From: Dudresnaya verticillata
Lineage: Eukaryota
DNA length: 64,000 nucleotides
Direction: 5' to 3'
Assembly (NCBI GenBank): GCA_977862235.1
Contig: OZ374565.1
Location: forward strand, 1,612,001 to 1,676,000
The notes under the pieces were generated by a model. That model saw only the letters and a list, made by a program, of their open reading frames with translations, was not told the origin of the DNA and made no database searches. Below, in pieces: positions 48,369-60,261 of the stretch. The first letter of the stretch is position 1; each line of letters opens with the position of its first letter. The translations under genes were made by a program, and so were the position numbers.

Positions 48369-49769
48369 TATGAACCTGCATCACCAGTTGCTTGCAAGTA
48401 AAGATGCTGGACCAGGACAGCTTGCACTGCATTGCGAAGGGCGGTCTTAGGGAACATGTCCCGCAAACGTTTATCTAATCAAAATCCTGGCAAATGAAGC
48501 TGCGAATATGCAATTGCAGCTGTGGCTCACGACAGTCAAGTGGCACTTAATATTAGAACGTAAGTAATGTTAGTGGCACTTGCAGGCACAACAAAGAACG
48601 ATGTATCAGAAGAGGTGACCACAAAGGGTTACCCCAGTAGCCATTTTGAGATGGTAGCACCGTGGCTACCAAGTCCGCGAAGAGAGCGTTTTCCGCATAG
48701 TAGCGGAGGCCAGCCGGTGTAACCCACTGATTCAGTAGAACGAATAGAACTAAAGTTACACCAGAACTTGCAGGTAATAGATGAATAGCCGTGGGCGGGC
48801 TGGGAATCAAAAACAGGGCAACAGTCGGACGCGACTTTGTGGCAAGAACTCGAAAAGTTTCCAAAACTTCGTGCACGTCGCTCGCAGTCTCCAATGCGGA
48901 TTGGCGCCGTGATCCACTTCCAGCCGCGCCTTTTTTCGTCCAACTCATCCCGCTATCGACATAGAACCATTTCTACGTGCCTCGAAACACACTACCTCTT
49001 CCCCGTCCCGCTAGTCGGGGTCGGGGACTGAAACATTCTAGGGAAGGGGGCGCAACCGCTGCGCCCGCACGAGGGAGGGCGGCTACCCCTGGGTGTCCTC
49101 CGGGGATATTTCGGAGGTGCCCGCTCCGACACCGTGATGTGATAGATGCGCAGGTACAGTAGATAGATCGAATCGCTGCCGAACGCATGACGGCGTCAGC
49201 TATTGGATGTAACGCCCATCGCGCACGCGGCTAACGGCCAATTAACGTGGCAACGGCCAGATGTGCGAGCGTGTTGAGCTTGTTTCATTTCACAGCAAGA
49301 TAGCAACAGCGGACATGTCCCTGACTGTCCCACGATCGGTGACGCGTGTGTACGTGGACGCACCCGTTAATGCCCCTGCCGGGCAGTGATCCCGACTTCG
49401 ACTGCAGGTCCCGGCGGCGCCTCTTCGTGGCCGTTACTGAAGCAACAGGCTCTGCTGCTGCTGCGGGTGGATACGGCAGATGTGCGAGTTTGCACAGAGC
49501 TTTCTGTCTCGATGCAATTCGCGCAATCGCGGCATGGTGGAACCGCACTGGGATCCCGCCTCGTCTTTTGGCAGAATGGGAAAGCCAGAAGGTTTTTTTG
49601 CTCGACTGTGTGCCCACAGTTGCGCCGCAACTCTTGTTCCGCCGTTCCTGCAGGCAAACATTGCGAGCACATGGCGCCAATGATAGAAGATCATCAGCGG
49701 CACGAAGCGTTTGTTCTTTTTGACAGTTTACACAGCCCCGTGAGGGCACATCTTCTGGCAAATATCCCC

Positions 49770-49770
<1 letters not shown>

Positions 49771-49800
<30 letters not shown>
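49771..49800 (+). repeat. Poly-C run
   Basis: 30 consecutive C. Confidence 0.95.
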
Positions 49801-49801
<1 letters not shown>

Positions 49802-51340
49802 ACCTGTTGTAACTTTTACCGGTGGTCAAGATGCAGGAAAGGCCAGGCTGCGGGCCCGCTGCCGCTTTGAACCAGTGAGCAAGCAGTAAGAAGCACCACC
49901 GAGCGGCGAATGTCAGCAAAGGGCGTCTCAGCAGTCTTGACATTGTCCTTCGCGCTCACGTCATCCATGCGCCTGGTTTGGTGTGCCGCAAGTAATGCTT
50001 TCCAACCAAGCGCGACCACTTGTGTCTGTCTGTCTGTCATCGGATTGACAGACAGCTCGTAGAGAGGTTGGCGGCTGTGTTTGTTTTGCTTTATCGGCGA
50101 GAGTCTTCTTCCTCGTTGGCATTTATAGGCCCAGCCGCTCTCTCCCAGACACGGACAAAACTCAAGAATGATAGCCCGCGAGGACCTTCCTGAGATCAAC
50201 GTGTCATCCGCAGCCCCGAGTGTTGATGACAGCACTATCCACGTGGTCCGTCGTCCCTGTCCACCACCTGACTAATGTGGTACGTTGCGAGGCTCCTGAT
50301 TCTTGTGTTAGACTTCTCCTATCCTACAGTAGACGGCTCTGATGGATAGACGGCTCTGTGGAGCCGTCTACAAACATAGTAAAAGAAACCCTTCGTCTGC
50401 CTTCTTTCGTGCATTGTGTCATTGCCTGTACCTATGTCAGTTGCACAGCGAGGCGCAAACTGGATACAACAACAAAAAACGGTCCAAAGGGAATCCCTCG
50501 GAAGGCCCCAACGGATGAACTACGTCTTCCTCTCGAGCTTAGATGCCGCCACGCACACTCGTCTATACTGCGCGTCGGCCGACAAGCGAAACAAGGTTAC
50601 ACAAAACAAACAAACAAAAAGACACACATGTGCGCGCGTTCGAGACAGAGATTGGCAAGCAGCGCCATGTCATCAACGTCCATGACAATCACTATCGTGG
50701 TCTGTTTCTCGAGAATGCAGCTGCATGCGACTGGGATGAAACAGTCGCGATGAAAGGCTGTCGCCAAAAACCGTCCGGAGTGCCCACCTATTCCACACTT
50801 GCTCTGAATTGCTTGTGTTAATTGCCCACTCTGCAGAGGCGGTCAGCATTGGCACAGCTTAGAACAGCAACGCAGCATATGGGTCTCCGTGCACACGTGT
50901 GTCATAGGAAATGAAGTCAATCGACGCTCTCTGCACACTCTGAGGGGCATTAATTAGTCCAGAGTCAACATCTTCGACAAACAACGAATGCAAATGGGAG
51001 CGACCTCCACCCTGTCGCATCCGTCATGATCTTGTCACCGGCACCCACCGGCGCTGCGCTAAAACAAATTCCTCCCAAACAACCAGCTGCCCCCTGATGT
51101 TTGCTTGCCATTCAGATCTGCAGCCGCCGTAAAACCAGCATAGAGGAGCTCCCGCTGCGCTTTCAGCTTCGGTGCTAGTTTCATCAGTTACATTGATGAC
51201 AACAGGCAGAACATGCCCTAGAGGGCAGCAGAATAGGCCCTCTAGGGCCTGTTCTGCCTGTTTTGTTAGAGTCCCCGCAATAGCACACACCCTCGCACGA
51301 TCCACCATATCTGAACCACGCGACCGGACCCCCTCAAGGG

Positions 51341-51346
51341 TATAAA
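51341..51346 (+). promoter_or_regulatory. TATA box of Cys-rich gene 2
   Basis: TATAAA 111 bp upstream of the ATG. Confidence 0.7.
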
Positions 51347-51451
51347 GGCCGACCCGCTCAAGCCCGATCCCCCATCTTTCTCTCTCCTTCCCACCTCCAG
51401 CACTGCCCACCCTCCCCGCCCCCAGCCCTACAACCCCTCGCAATCGCTACA

Positions 51452-51964
51452 ATGAAGTCCATCTTCCTGGTCGCCCTCCTGGCGCTCATTGCCGCCGCCT
51501 TTTCGCAGGTCACCGTTGACCAGTCCAACCTCGGAGAGGAGATCATGCGATCCGAGATCTCCCCGCCGCCGTGTCCGTGCATCTGCTTCCCTAAGTTCAA
51601 GAAGAAGAAGGCTAAGAGGCAGTGCAGGAAACTTCGTCCGTACTGTGAGGTGCAGAAGTGCCTCTTTGGTAAGAAGAAACGCAAGGGATTCCAGTGCTGC
51701 GACCCGGAAGTCGAGATCTCTCTCAGTCCGAGCCCTAGCGCCTCCCCATCGGCGAGCCCGTCCTCGACCCCGTCCGCATCTCCGTCCGCGTCGCCTTCCG
51801 CATCCCCCGTCGAAACCCCACCGATTATCGAGTGCCCGTGCAAGTGCCGCAGGGGTCGCAAAGGAAAGAAGAAGGCTAAGAAGGAGTGCAAGACTTTGAA
51901 GCCGTTCTGCAAGGTCATGAAGTGCCGCCGTAAGAGGAAGGCCTTCTGGTGTTGTGACGCTTAA
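51452..51964 (+). CDS. Secreted cationic Cys-rich two-domain protein, paralog 2 (Lys-rich)
   Basis: Signal peptide MKSIFLVALLALIAAAFS, the same 8-Cys domain twice, an SPSASP linker, and the CCDA end. Confidence 0.9.
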   Translation: MKSIFLVALLALIAAAFSQVTVDQSNLGEEIMRSEISPPPCPCICFPKFKKKKAKRQCRKLRPYCEVQKCLFGKKKRKGFQCCDPEVEISLSPSPSASPSASPSSTPSASPSASPSASPVETPPIIECPCKCRRGRKGKKKAKKECKTLKPFCKVMKCRRKRKAFWCCDA

Positions 51965-54779
51965 GGCTGAGACGATTGCTCGAGTTTGGGCTAGCTCAAA
52001 GCTGTTACCACGGGCTGGTAGTTGCTGTTTGTGTTCCCAGTCATTTCGATCTCCGAATGGATGGGCACGATTTTGCGTTCTCCTCGATGTAGTTAGACAC
52101 ATGAAATGGGGCCTTGTCGTGCAGTAAGTTGTAGCTCAGTGGAATTGTAATCGATCTAGAAAAGTAAACTTTCTGCCGGGAGGTGCGGTCGGTAAGCAAT
52201 CGCTCCTTCGAAAGGCATGAACTTTCTGATGTCATTTCGCAGTCCAGATGCTGCTCGACGTTTCTTCTGTGCGAGCCCGCAGTGATACGACGTGTCAGTA
52301 TTGCTTTAGTGAAAAGAAGGCCCAAAACCTAACTTCTGGATGATTTGAATCCGGTTCTTGGGATTTTGGGGCAGGACATGCCGGCTGGGTGCCAATGTCT
52401 GGACTTTGGGGCACTCTTCGAAATGGGCGTAGTAGAATGGAAGTACAAATATCGGTTAGGCACCGAACGAAGACTTTGAGGAGCTGTTTCAGCACACACG
52501 GATGGGCTCGGAAGAGCCATACTATGTTGCGAAGGAAGATGTGACGGAAAATCTTTCCTCGCTCAACTGCGTCTGCAAATGTAAAGGAGATGTTCGACCA
52601 GCGACAAGCAGTTGGCAAGGGCCACGGAGAGCTACAGCTGAACTAGTGCTGAAAGGCGGCAGCAACGTATGCTACATCGTATTCTCGAGGTGGATAAACC
52701 GTAACCCGTCTAGTCGTCTGGTACAGCACAGAAACGCGTGTCCTATGGTGCGATAACCCTACCACTAGCAGCAGGCCATCTGCAGCTGCAGTACGGACTC
52801 TTCCCACTTCCCGAACCTTCTAGTTTGCGTGCTGGCAACAGCGGCGGGGAACAATCTCTCATTGATGCTCCGAAGGGGCTTACCGTTTAGAGTGTTCGTA
52901 AGGGCCTGGGTCCTTTTCGATTATCAACAGATTTCAGCGATGACAGACATGTCGGTTGTCTGCAAAGCAAGCAGTTCTGAAATAATCTCGCGCTGGACAT
53001 TTGCACTTGCGTTTTCGCACGATTGCCGCGGTCGTGTGGTCATACACCAGCCCGCTGTGACGCTGTGCAGTCGCGGACTGGACAGTGTCTGCCGTTCTTT
53101 CACAGTGGACATGTCCAATGCCACCACAAACTCGTTTCTGGTTTCAGCATTCGCGTTTCATTCATGCGTCTTGACCATAACACTGAACGCGTGCTGCCCC
53201 TTCGGCAGAATGCCACCCACGATGCAATCCTAGTCCGCTTCGCGGCTGCCGGCAGGTTGGTCTGCTTCACGCACCATCGATTTCCGGGAACAGACTGCCG
53301 ATAGGCTCTGTCATGCTGCTTGTGTGCACCGCCCAGGGGTATCAAATGTTGCGCCGAATCTGGGATGTATGACGAAGTTACGCTAGTCGATGATGTGTCC
53401 CGTGAAGCAGCCCAAACCCAAACTTGACAGGCTCGCGTCATAGACCAAAACTATCCGTTCAGGCCGGTGTCCTTTACAGAGTTCTTGTCTTATTGAAGGG
53501 CCTTCCTGGCCGTCAATAGAATTTTCTTCGATGTCCTTCCGGGAAAAGAAGAAAACTTGAAGATTCGGTAATTCGGCTGCGCCGCAGTCGAAGGAGGTAT
53601 GTTAAATGTTCCCAGTAACGTTCAGTGTATGATGCTTCATTTTATGCATAAAGTCTCTGCCACATTCTGAACCAGCAAACTGCTAAGTGTACCTTTAGGA
53701 CAATGCTGTAGCCAATGGCCCTAATCACCAGGAAACAGAAAAGAACGGGACAGCGATAACAGTACTCACGAGACGGTGCTCGGAAATACCCTCCACAGAG
53801 ACAATAGCTGCGGCTTCTAAAGTAGCAATAGTTACAGCTGTGTCTAATACGTTACTGGTTCCCTCATAAAGTCTTTCACTTTCCCTAGCGCTTCAAGCTT
53901 CACAGTATCCAATCCTTAAGGACTGTATGAAGAACGATATTTTGACCACGGGCTAATACTACTTTGTCGAGATCCGAAAGCTGCAGAAGCGGAACATTGC
54001 ACACCGTGCTTAGCGTTGCTCTGAAAAGACTCGGGACGACCACAATAGAACTCGTAGATAAACATCATCTGTGAATCCGGACCCCTGCGTGTAGGGCATT
54101 CCTGTATTCCAGCTTCACAATCAGCGTAAGTTTTCTAGAACTTCACGCTCTCGTGGCCGCACTCCTGTCTGGTTTTCCGCATAATACTACCCCACAACAA
54201 GGATCGCGCTGTGCGAACCGAATCACCATGACACCCAGTACCAAATCCTATCTTCCTGGTTGTATTGTACCGTAAGAATCTGTGAGGTAGCCCTCCCAGC
54301 CACGAGAGCTCTCATCGACAAAACTGTCCCGCAAGAAGCATAAGTAGCGAATACAAGCTCTCCGTGCAAATATCTGACTTGTTTGACATTAGCAAGGTTG
54401 TGTCCCTCTCCATTTCAAGCGTTTCTCTCGCTACTACCATATGTTCTGCTCTGTCCTCTTGGCTCTGCCAGTGAACCAAGATTCTTCCGAAATCTGAGAT
54501 GACATAACTACATAACTACCCTTTCACAAACAAACCACTTGACATCCAATATCATGCGCTGAACCACAGATCTTTGACTGCACCACTGCGAAACCGTTCT
54601 CCATTCGCAAAGAAATCCTACGTTTCTCTACCCATAGCTCATGTGTTGCAATACACAGCTGTCAACTGTATTCTCTGGCAGCGTTGTATCAAACATTAGC
54701 CCAAACTTCAGGGGCTATTTTCCAATCGAATCGGGCCTCCTTGCTTTTCCCTCGTTGAGGCATCCCCTGCCTGGTTGCC

Positions 54780-54786
54780 TATAAAA
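54780..54786 (+). promoter_or_regulatory. TATA box of Cys-rich gene 3
   Basis: TATAAAA 115 bp upstream of the ATG at 54895. Confidence 0.7.
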
Positions 54787-54894
54787 GCTGACCCTGAGCC
54801 GAACTTCACCCTCTCTGGCTTTATCTCATTACGACCGGGAGAATCTCCGCAACAGCAACCACAGAAACAAACGACACAGATAGTAGGCCCAAAA

Positions 54895-55383
54895 ATGAAG
54901 GGACCTTTCTTCACGCTCCTTCTGGCACTTGTGTGCACTGCCTTCTCGCAAGACTGGGGACTTGAGGAGATCCCCGTACGTGCTGAAACGTCTCCACCGC
55001 CATGTCCGTGCAAGTGCTTCCCAAGGTTCAAGGTCAAGAAGGCAAAGAGACAATGCAAACAGCTCGTTGGAGTGTGCGAGCTGGCTCGCTGCTTCCGTGG
55101 GCCGTTTAAGAACAAGAAGGGTGTGCACTGCTGTGACATCGAGATGGGGATGATGACAGCGTCACCTTCGGCTACGGCAACACCTAGCAGTTCGACCACA
55201 GCGACAGCTTCGCCGACGCCGTCCATGTCTCTTATTCCTTCCCCCGAGTTATGTCCTTGTAGGTGCCGACGAGGGAGGTTCGGTAAGAAGAAGGCCAAGA
55301 AGGAATGTAAGACGCTTGCTCCGTTCTGTGTTGTTTCGAAGTGTAAGCGCAGGCCGAAGAAGTTCTGGTGTTGTGATGCTTGA
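54895..55383 (+). CDS. Secreted cationic Cys-rich two-domain protein, paralog 3
   Basis: The start is MKGPFFTLLLALVCTAFS by paralog alignment (the ORF-track start at 54775 is not an ATG). Same architecture, ending FWCCDA. Confidence 0.9.
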   Translation: MKGPFFTLLLALVCTAFSQDWGLEEIPVRAETSPPPCPCKCFPRFKVKKAKRQCKQLVGVCELARCFRGPFKNKKGVHCCDIEMGMMTASPSATATPSSSTTATASPTPSMSLIPSPELCPCRCRRGRFGKKKAKKECKTLAPFCVVSKCKRRPKKFWCCDA

Positions 55384-56173
55384 GCAGGCGCGTGCAAGCC
55401 ATGATATGCACTTGGAATGGTAGCCGACAATGGTGAGCCCGATTTATCTCCCGATTGTACAATGCTGCTTCATACTGCTGCTGTCTATAGATCCTGTTTT
55501 CTCTCCCTATACAATGTTAGGTTCAATAATGACGTGAGTGAGTGCATAATTCGCGTGTTGACAATGCTGAAGGTTGACTGCTACCAGAAAGAGTCGTTCC
55601 AGGCTATTAGTCCAATACAGCGTATGGAATAAACGTCCATTGTCAAGGCTTTGGATGTGACTTCTGTGAACATGAACCGTTTAGCGTCTCGATTTTACCT
55701 CTTCCTGAGGGTATGCCCCCGGCCGACTCTCCTGCATGAATAAACTGCAGGTACTTTACCTAAGAGATGGAGACCTTTATACATAGGAAATACTGCAGCC
55801 CCGCAAGGCCTACATTAGGCCCCCTGTGTCGAACTAAAATAGGTATCTTATGAACGTGTTGACTTCAGCACCAACCAATCACCTCGCAGCGTATACGGCA
55901 ACGGACGCGCAACGTGGGCCACGTGGACCAATAGATTGTACACAACTGGACACGTTTTCACCACGCACAACGCCCCGACTTGCTGTGGCAGTTACCGAGT
56001 TCGACTCCCGCCACGTCCCATGTTTCTGCAATAAATGCAAACATCACAAGCGCGTCTTGCTCCCCGCCTCACCCCCGCGGGCGCCACCGCTCCACCTCTC
56101 CTCGCTGGACCCAACCCCACCGCCGCAGCCCGCTCGCCGCTTTGCAACTGCAGCGCAAGCGCGTGCCCGCGAC

Positions 56174-57079
56174 ATGGCCGACCGCGCGCCGCGGCCGCCG
56201 CGCGCCGCGCACCTCGCGCGCGGAGCTGCGTCGCCGCACGCGCGAGCAGCAGCAGCGCAGAGGACGGTCCATCGTGACCAAGTCGAACGCCTTCAGCGTC
56301 GACAAGCTCAGCCGTGACAAGCAGGGCTTCTACCGCTCGTTCCGCCAGCTACTCGCGCCCAGCACGCTTGCGCGCGCCGACATCATCTGGCGCTATCTGC
56401 AGCTCGTCAGTCCTCGCCTCCGCATATCCCGCGAAGACTGGTTTCACTTCCTGGAAAAGCAGTTTGTGCGGGACGGCGCCGTGTTTTTCTGGCACGGCGT
56501 TTTTCTTACTTGCATCGACATGTCCAGTCTGTCCGCCGATAAGGACGTCGCGAGGTACCGCCGCATCATTGATGCAGACGATATTCGGGTCCAGGTAAAC
56601 GAGGCCATCCGAATTCCGCTCCTCGGTGTTACCTGGTTCGATGACGAACGTGTCTTCGACGTGTCTTGGGCTGGACTCTTGCAAGAGTGCGTGACGAGCG
56701 CGCCGTCAATGCTGTGCTTTTCGTCTTCGCTCCCACTGACCCACGCTTCGAAGTGGACGAAGAAACGGAGATCTTTCGCCTTACCCGTGTGGCTGCTGCC
56801 CGCGAGATTTCGTCTCGCTCAAAAGAGCGACCCAGCTATGTCAAGAAGAATCGACAGATGTGGGGAAAGCACTTTGGTGCCATGTGCGTTAGTTGCCAAC
56901 TGATCACTGAACGTTGCAAAAAGTGCGCGGCTTTTGAGCAAGTCCACTACTGCAGTAAGGCATGTCAAAGGGAAAACTGACCAAAGCACAAGGCGGCCTG
57001 CAGGGATTACCAGTCTAAAGGAAACGCACGCTCCGCCGCTATAAACCCGAGTAGCCCCAACGCTACACACTCTGTTTAG
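56174..57079 (+). pseudogene. MYND-type zinc-finger protein, disrupted
   Basis: CVSC...CKKCAAFEQVHYCSKACQREN*PKHKAAC fits the MYND consensus, with W changed to TGA at 56978-56980 and one Cys lost. There is a frameshift near 56660 and the start is uncertain. Confidence 0.75.
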
Positions 57080-57799
57080 CTCAACGCACCAACACAGCAT
57101 TCCATTCCGAAACGGAAGATGAGCACCAAGCCGGCAAAACCCCAATCGCAGGTCATGCGGCATGCCTCCGAGATGTACAACCTCCTTTCCAACCAAATCG
57201 TTGCAGTCTCTATCCACAGTGCGAGCTAGCGCATCTCTCTGTTAAAATTGACTGCAATGAGCAATGCCCGCGGTTAATAACACTGCCCACGGGATAGAAA
57301 GCATCACCGCATACAACCGCGACGCCGCACAGCGTGCACAAGCACCGTCGCCCCTCGTCTTCCCAAGTAATAAACCCTCGCTAATTTGCATGTCATAGGC
57401 CAGGGCGACACGCGCTCTACTGGCTAACTTTGCAGGGGCAATGCCGCTGCTCTCCGTCAATGGACAACCGTTCACAGGGTCAAAGGACTTTCCCGCCCAG
57501 GGGACATTACCATTAATGTTTGGTGTTTGGCATCTTGATGCGGTTTGGATCAAGACAATGTTCTACAGGAACTCACGAGGCCTATAAACGCGGTTGGGTC
57601 CCGCAGGTGCTGTAATGTGGGAGTATGTGGGCCGGGCTTGAGAATCTCAACACCTTGGTCTGAGAATCTCAACACCTTGGACAACTCTACCCAGCGCCTA
57701 TCGAGCAGCAAAATTTATCTTAGTTGACGCGACGCTATCCGTCTACGAGCAAGAAAATCGGAAGTGAGAGCTACAAGGCGACCAGCGTGGGTTGCGTTG

Positions 57800-60261
57800 T
57801 TAGCCCACTGAGGTTTTCGTTCGAAACTGACCTAGGCCGTCGACGCTGCCAATCCGTGAGTAAGATTTCTGAACTCGCCACATCCCGCGCTCCCTTCTCA
57901 GTTTCAAGAACACGTCCGAGGCGAGCGCAAGGAATGTGTTCCCTCCACACACAACGGCTGCAAGCTGCTGCGTAAAGGCTGGCCTTGACAGCCTGTCCAT
58001 TCGTACTCCTTCCTCATCTTGAGCTAGATACCTAAAAAGCATGTTTCGAGACCGTGTTGATACCTTGACATCACCGTAGACGATCTGTGATAGCACCCAT
58101 GCTGCACCGGACTCTCCAAGTAAGCCCATATTCATAGCATTCAAGACTAGACGGTTGGAGTCATGTCCGCCGTACAACGGGTTGTGGACATCCGATATCT
58201 GATACACAGGATTGTTTGCAGCGACCCATCCCATTGTTTTCAACACAAACTGTATATCAATCCGGACTAGTTTCATCGAACCTGCAGAAACGCGCAATAC
58301 CGCTGGCTTGCCGTCAAACGAAGTGACACATGTTGTCTTGCCAGTTAAGTGCGATTGGATACCAACAAGACGAGAGCTCAAGTTTCTTGACGAACAACGA
58401 ACCGGTTCTCTGTATTCTGTGTCCCCAATATACACAGATCCGGATGCCCTGTGCTCGACTACTGGGGATTGTAGTGGAGACCATTCTTCCTGCTCTAGTT
58501 TCTTATCTAGATCCTCTTGAATTTCTTGATACTGCTCGCTTTCCAAGATATCATCGAAGCCGCAATCTTCAAGGTATCCCATCATGGCAACTCTATTGTA
58601 GAGCATTCCACCTTCGGGCTCCTCCTCCGCGGTTTCAAGCCGAAACAAGGCTACCAGACACTGTGCCTCTTCATAGTCAACGAGTTGACGCGCACGCCAG
58701 GATTCCAACAATCTTCTGTAACGAAGGCAAGTTGTGTAAAACTGCGGCGAAGCTACGCTGCCTTGCAAACGAGGAGAGATCCGCACGAATAGGTATAAAA
58801 ACACAAATCTTTCGTAGTGGTCTTGAAGACCACTCATCGAGTCGACTGCAGCAGGGTCCGCCTGTAGCTCTTCTAGAAATGCGTACGGGACCAAAAGTGA
58901 GGCATTAGTTAGCGAGAAGAGCAAATATGCGTCCCTCTCAGACTTGTCCTTAATCTGACGAGAGAAGATGATGTTGTACGCAACATTGCATACGATTTCG
59001 TCCCTTGGGAATGCAGAATAGTCGACGTCCGCAAGATCCTCAAATGTCACCTTGGCGCCAGTGACGTTTGGTGGCCACCTGAGTCCATCCGACGACAACA
59101 CCGTCCCGTTTGCATCATTGTCCACGCGCTCGTAACACACGGTAAGGCGTTGCAACATACCCTTGTGACGATGATTCACCTCCCGGGCAAGCTCAAGAGG
59201 GAGAAACCACATCCGTGACGCGGGGGCATCGGCACTTGGCACATAGCTGGGGCGTGCGCCCGAGCATATGTTATTCTCGATAGCCACAACCTCGTAGCCC
59301 GCGAGGTCCTCTGCATACGACTGGGCATACTTGCGCCAGTCTGACACGGCAGAGAAAGAGCTTCTCGTCCGTGACAAAGTCGGCTCCGGTGTGCCCTCCT
59401 TGAGCAGCTCAATCTGATCCGCCATTCCGACTGTATTCCCTGACCAGGACGAGCGAAGCAGTCTCTCAGCAGTAACGGTCCACAACTAGACGTGGAACAA
59501 TGGCAAGGGACAACTCACTGGACTCAACAAGCGGGGCCGCGTCGGCTCCCTCCCACCGCGAACGGGCCTTTGTCCCTTCCCCTCGCCGCCTTCGCTGTCA
59601 TCGCAGTTGCATTGTTGGATTTCGGTGTACCCACACTATTTTGACACATTTCCAATTCTACACTTTCGCCGTCCAGAAGCCCGTCTGCGAGCACCTGTGT
59701 CGTCTCGGTAGACGCAGAGTTCATGTCCAGACTGCCAGCATTGCTAAGCTCTCGGCGAGCGCGGAAACACAACGCCGATTGGCATTTGCAATAGCTGCAG
59801 GTGGCACGGTCGGGGAGAACGGCGTCGGGAAAACTCTGCGGTCGTGATATGGCATCCGTGTCGCCGAACAGGGCCACTTTCCGTTGTTGAGTGAGGTTAA
59901 TAGTCTGTCCAGCCGTGTTCTTGAATGGACTCTGCACTGACAGGAGGTGGCAAGCATTCATGATTGAAAGCCCCGAAAGCAACACCAGTACCTGCCAAAC
60001 ACCAAACCCGCTCAGTGAGAAGTCGTTGTCTGTACCATTCTCTCTCAGTGAAGTTGAGAATGCCACGAACGCCATACGACTACGACAATACTCCCAAAAG
60101 GATGAGTCCATACGCGTCACCAGCTCCACGCGGGCTCTCACGCCACCTTCCGCCAAAGGCCTTCCTCTATCCCTAGCATGAGCTGAAGCACCATTCAATG
60201 GTACACTCTCACACGTTGCAACGCTTGGCCTTTCTGAGACCATTACGCAACACCTCTTCAT
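57800..60261 (-). pseudogene. Large protein gene in two frames (561-aa ORF plus upstream ORF), possibly HET-like family
   Basis: Long ORF 57800-59485 lacks an ATG start and is preceded by a stop; upstream ORF 59524-60261 is in another frame. Weak motif echoes (DW..Y, SRMWFLPLE) are present. Confidence 0.55.

Noticed and set aside
48540..49295. Possible additional solo LTR
   Set aside because: It has LTR-like texture and a CACA end, but I found no exact TSD.
57640..57680. 21-bp tandem duplication TGAGAATCTCAACACCTTGG
   Set aside because: An ordinary slippage duplication with no further structure.
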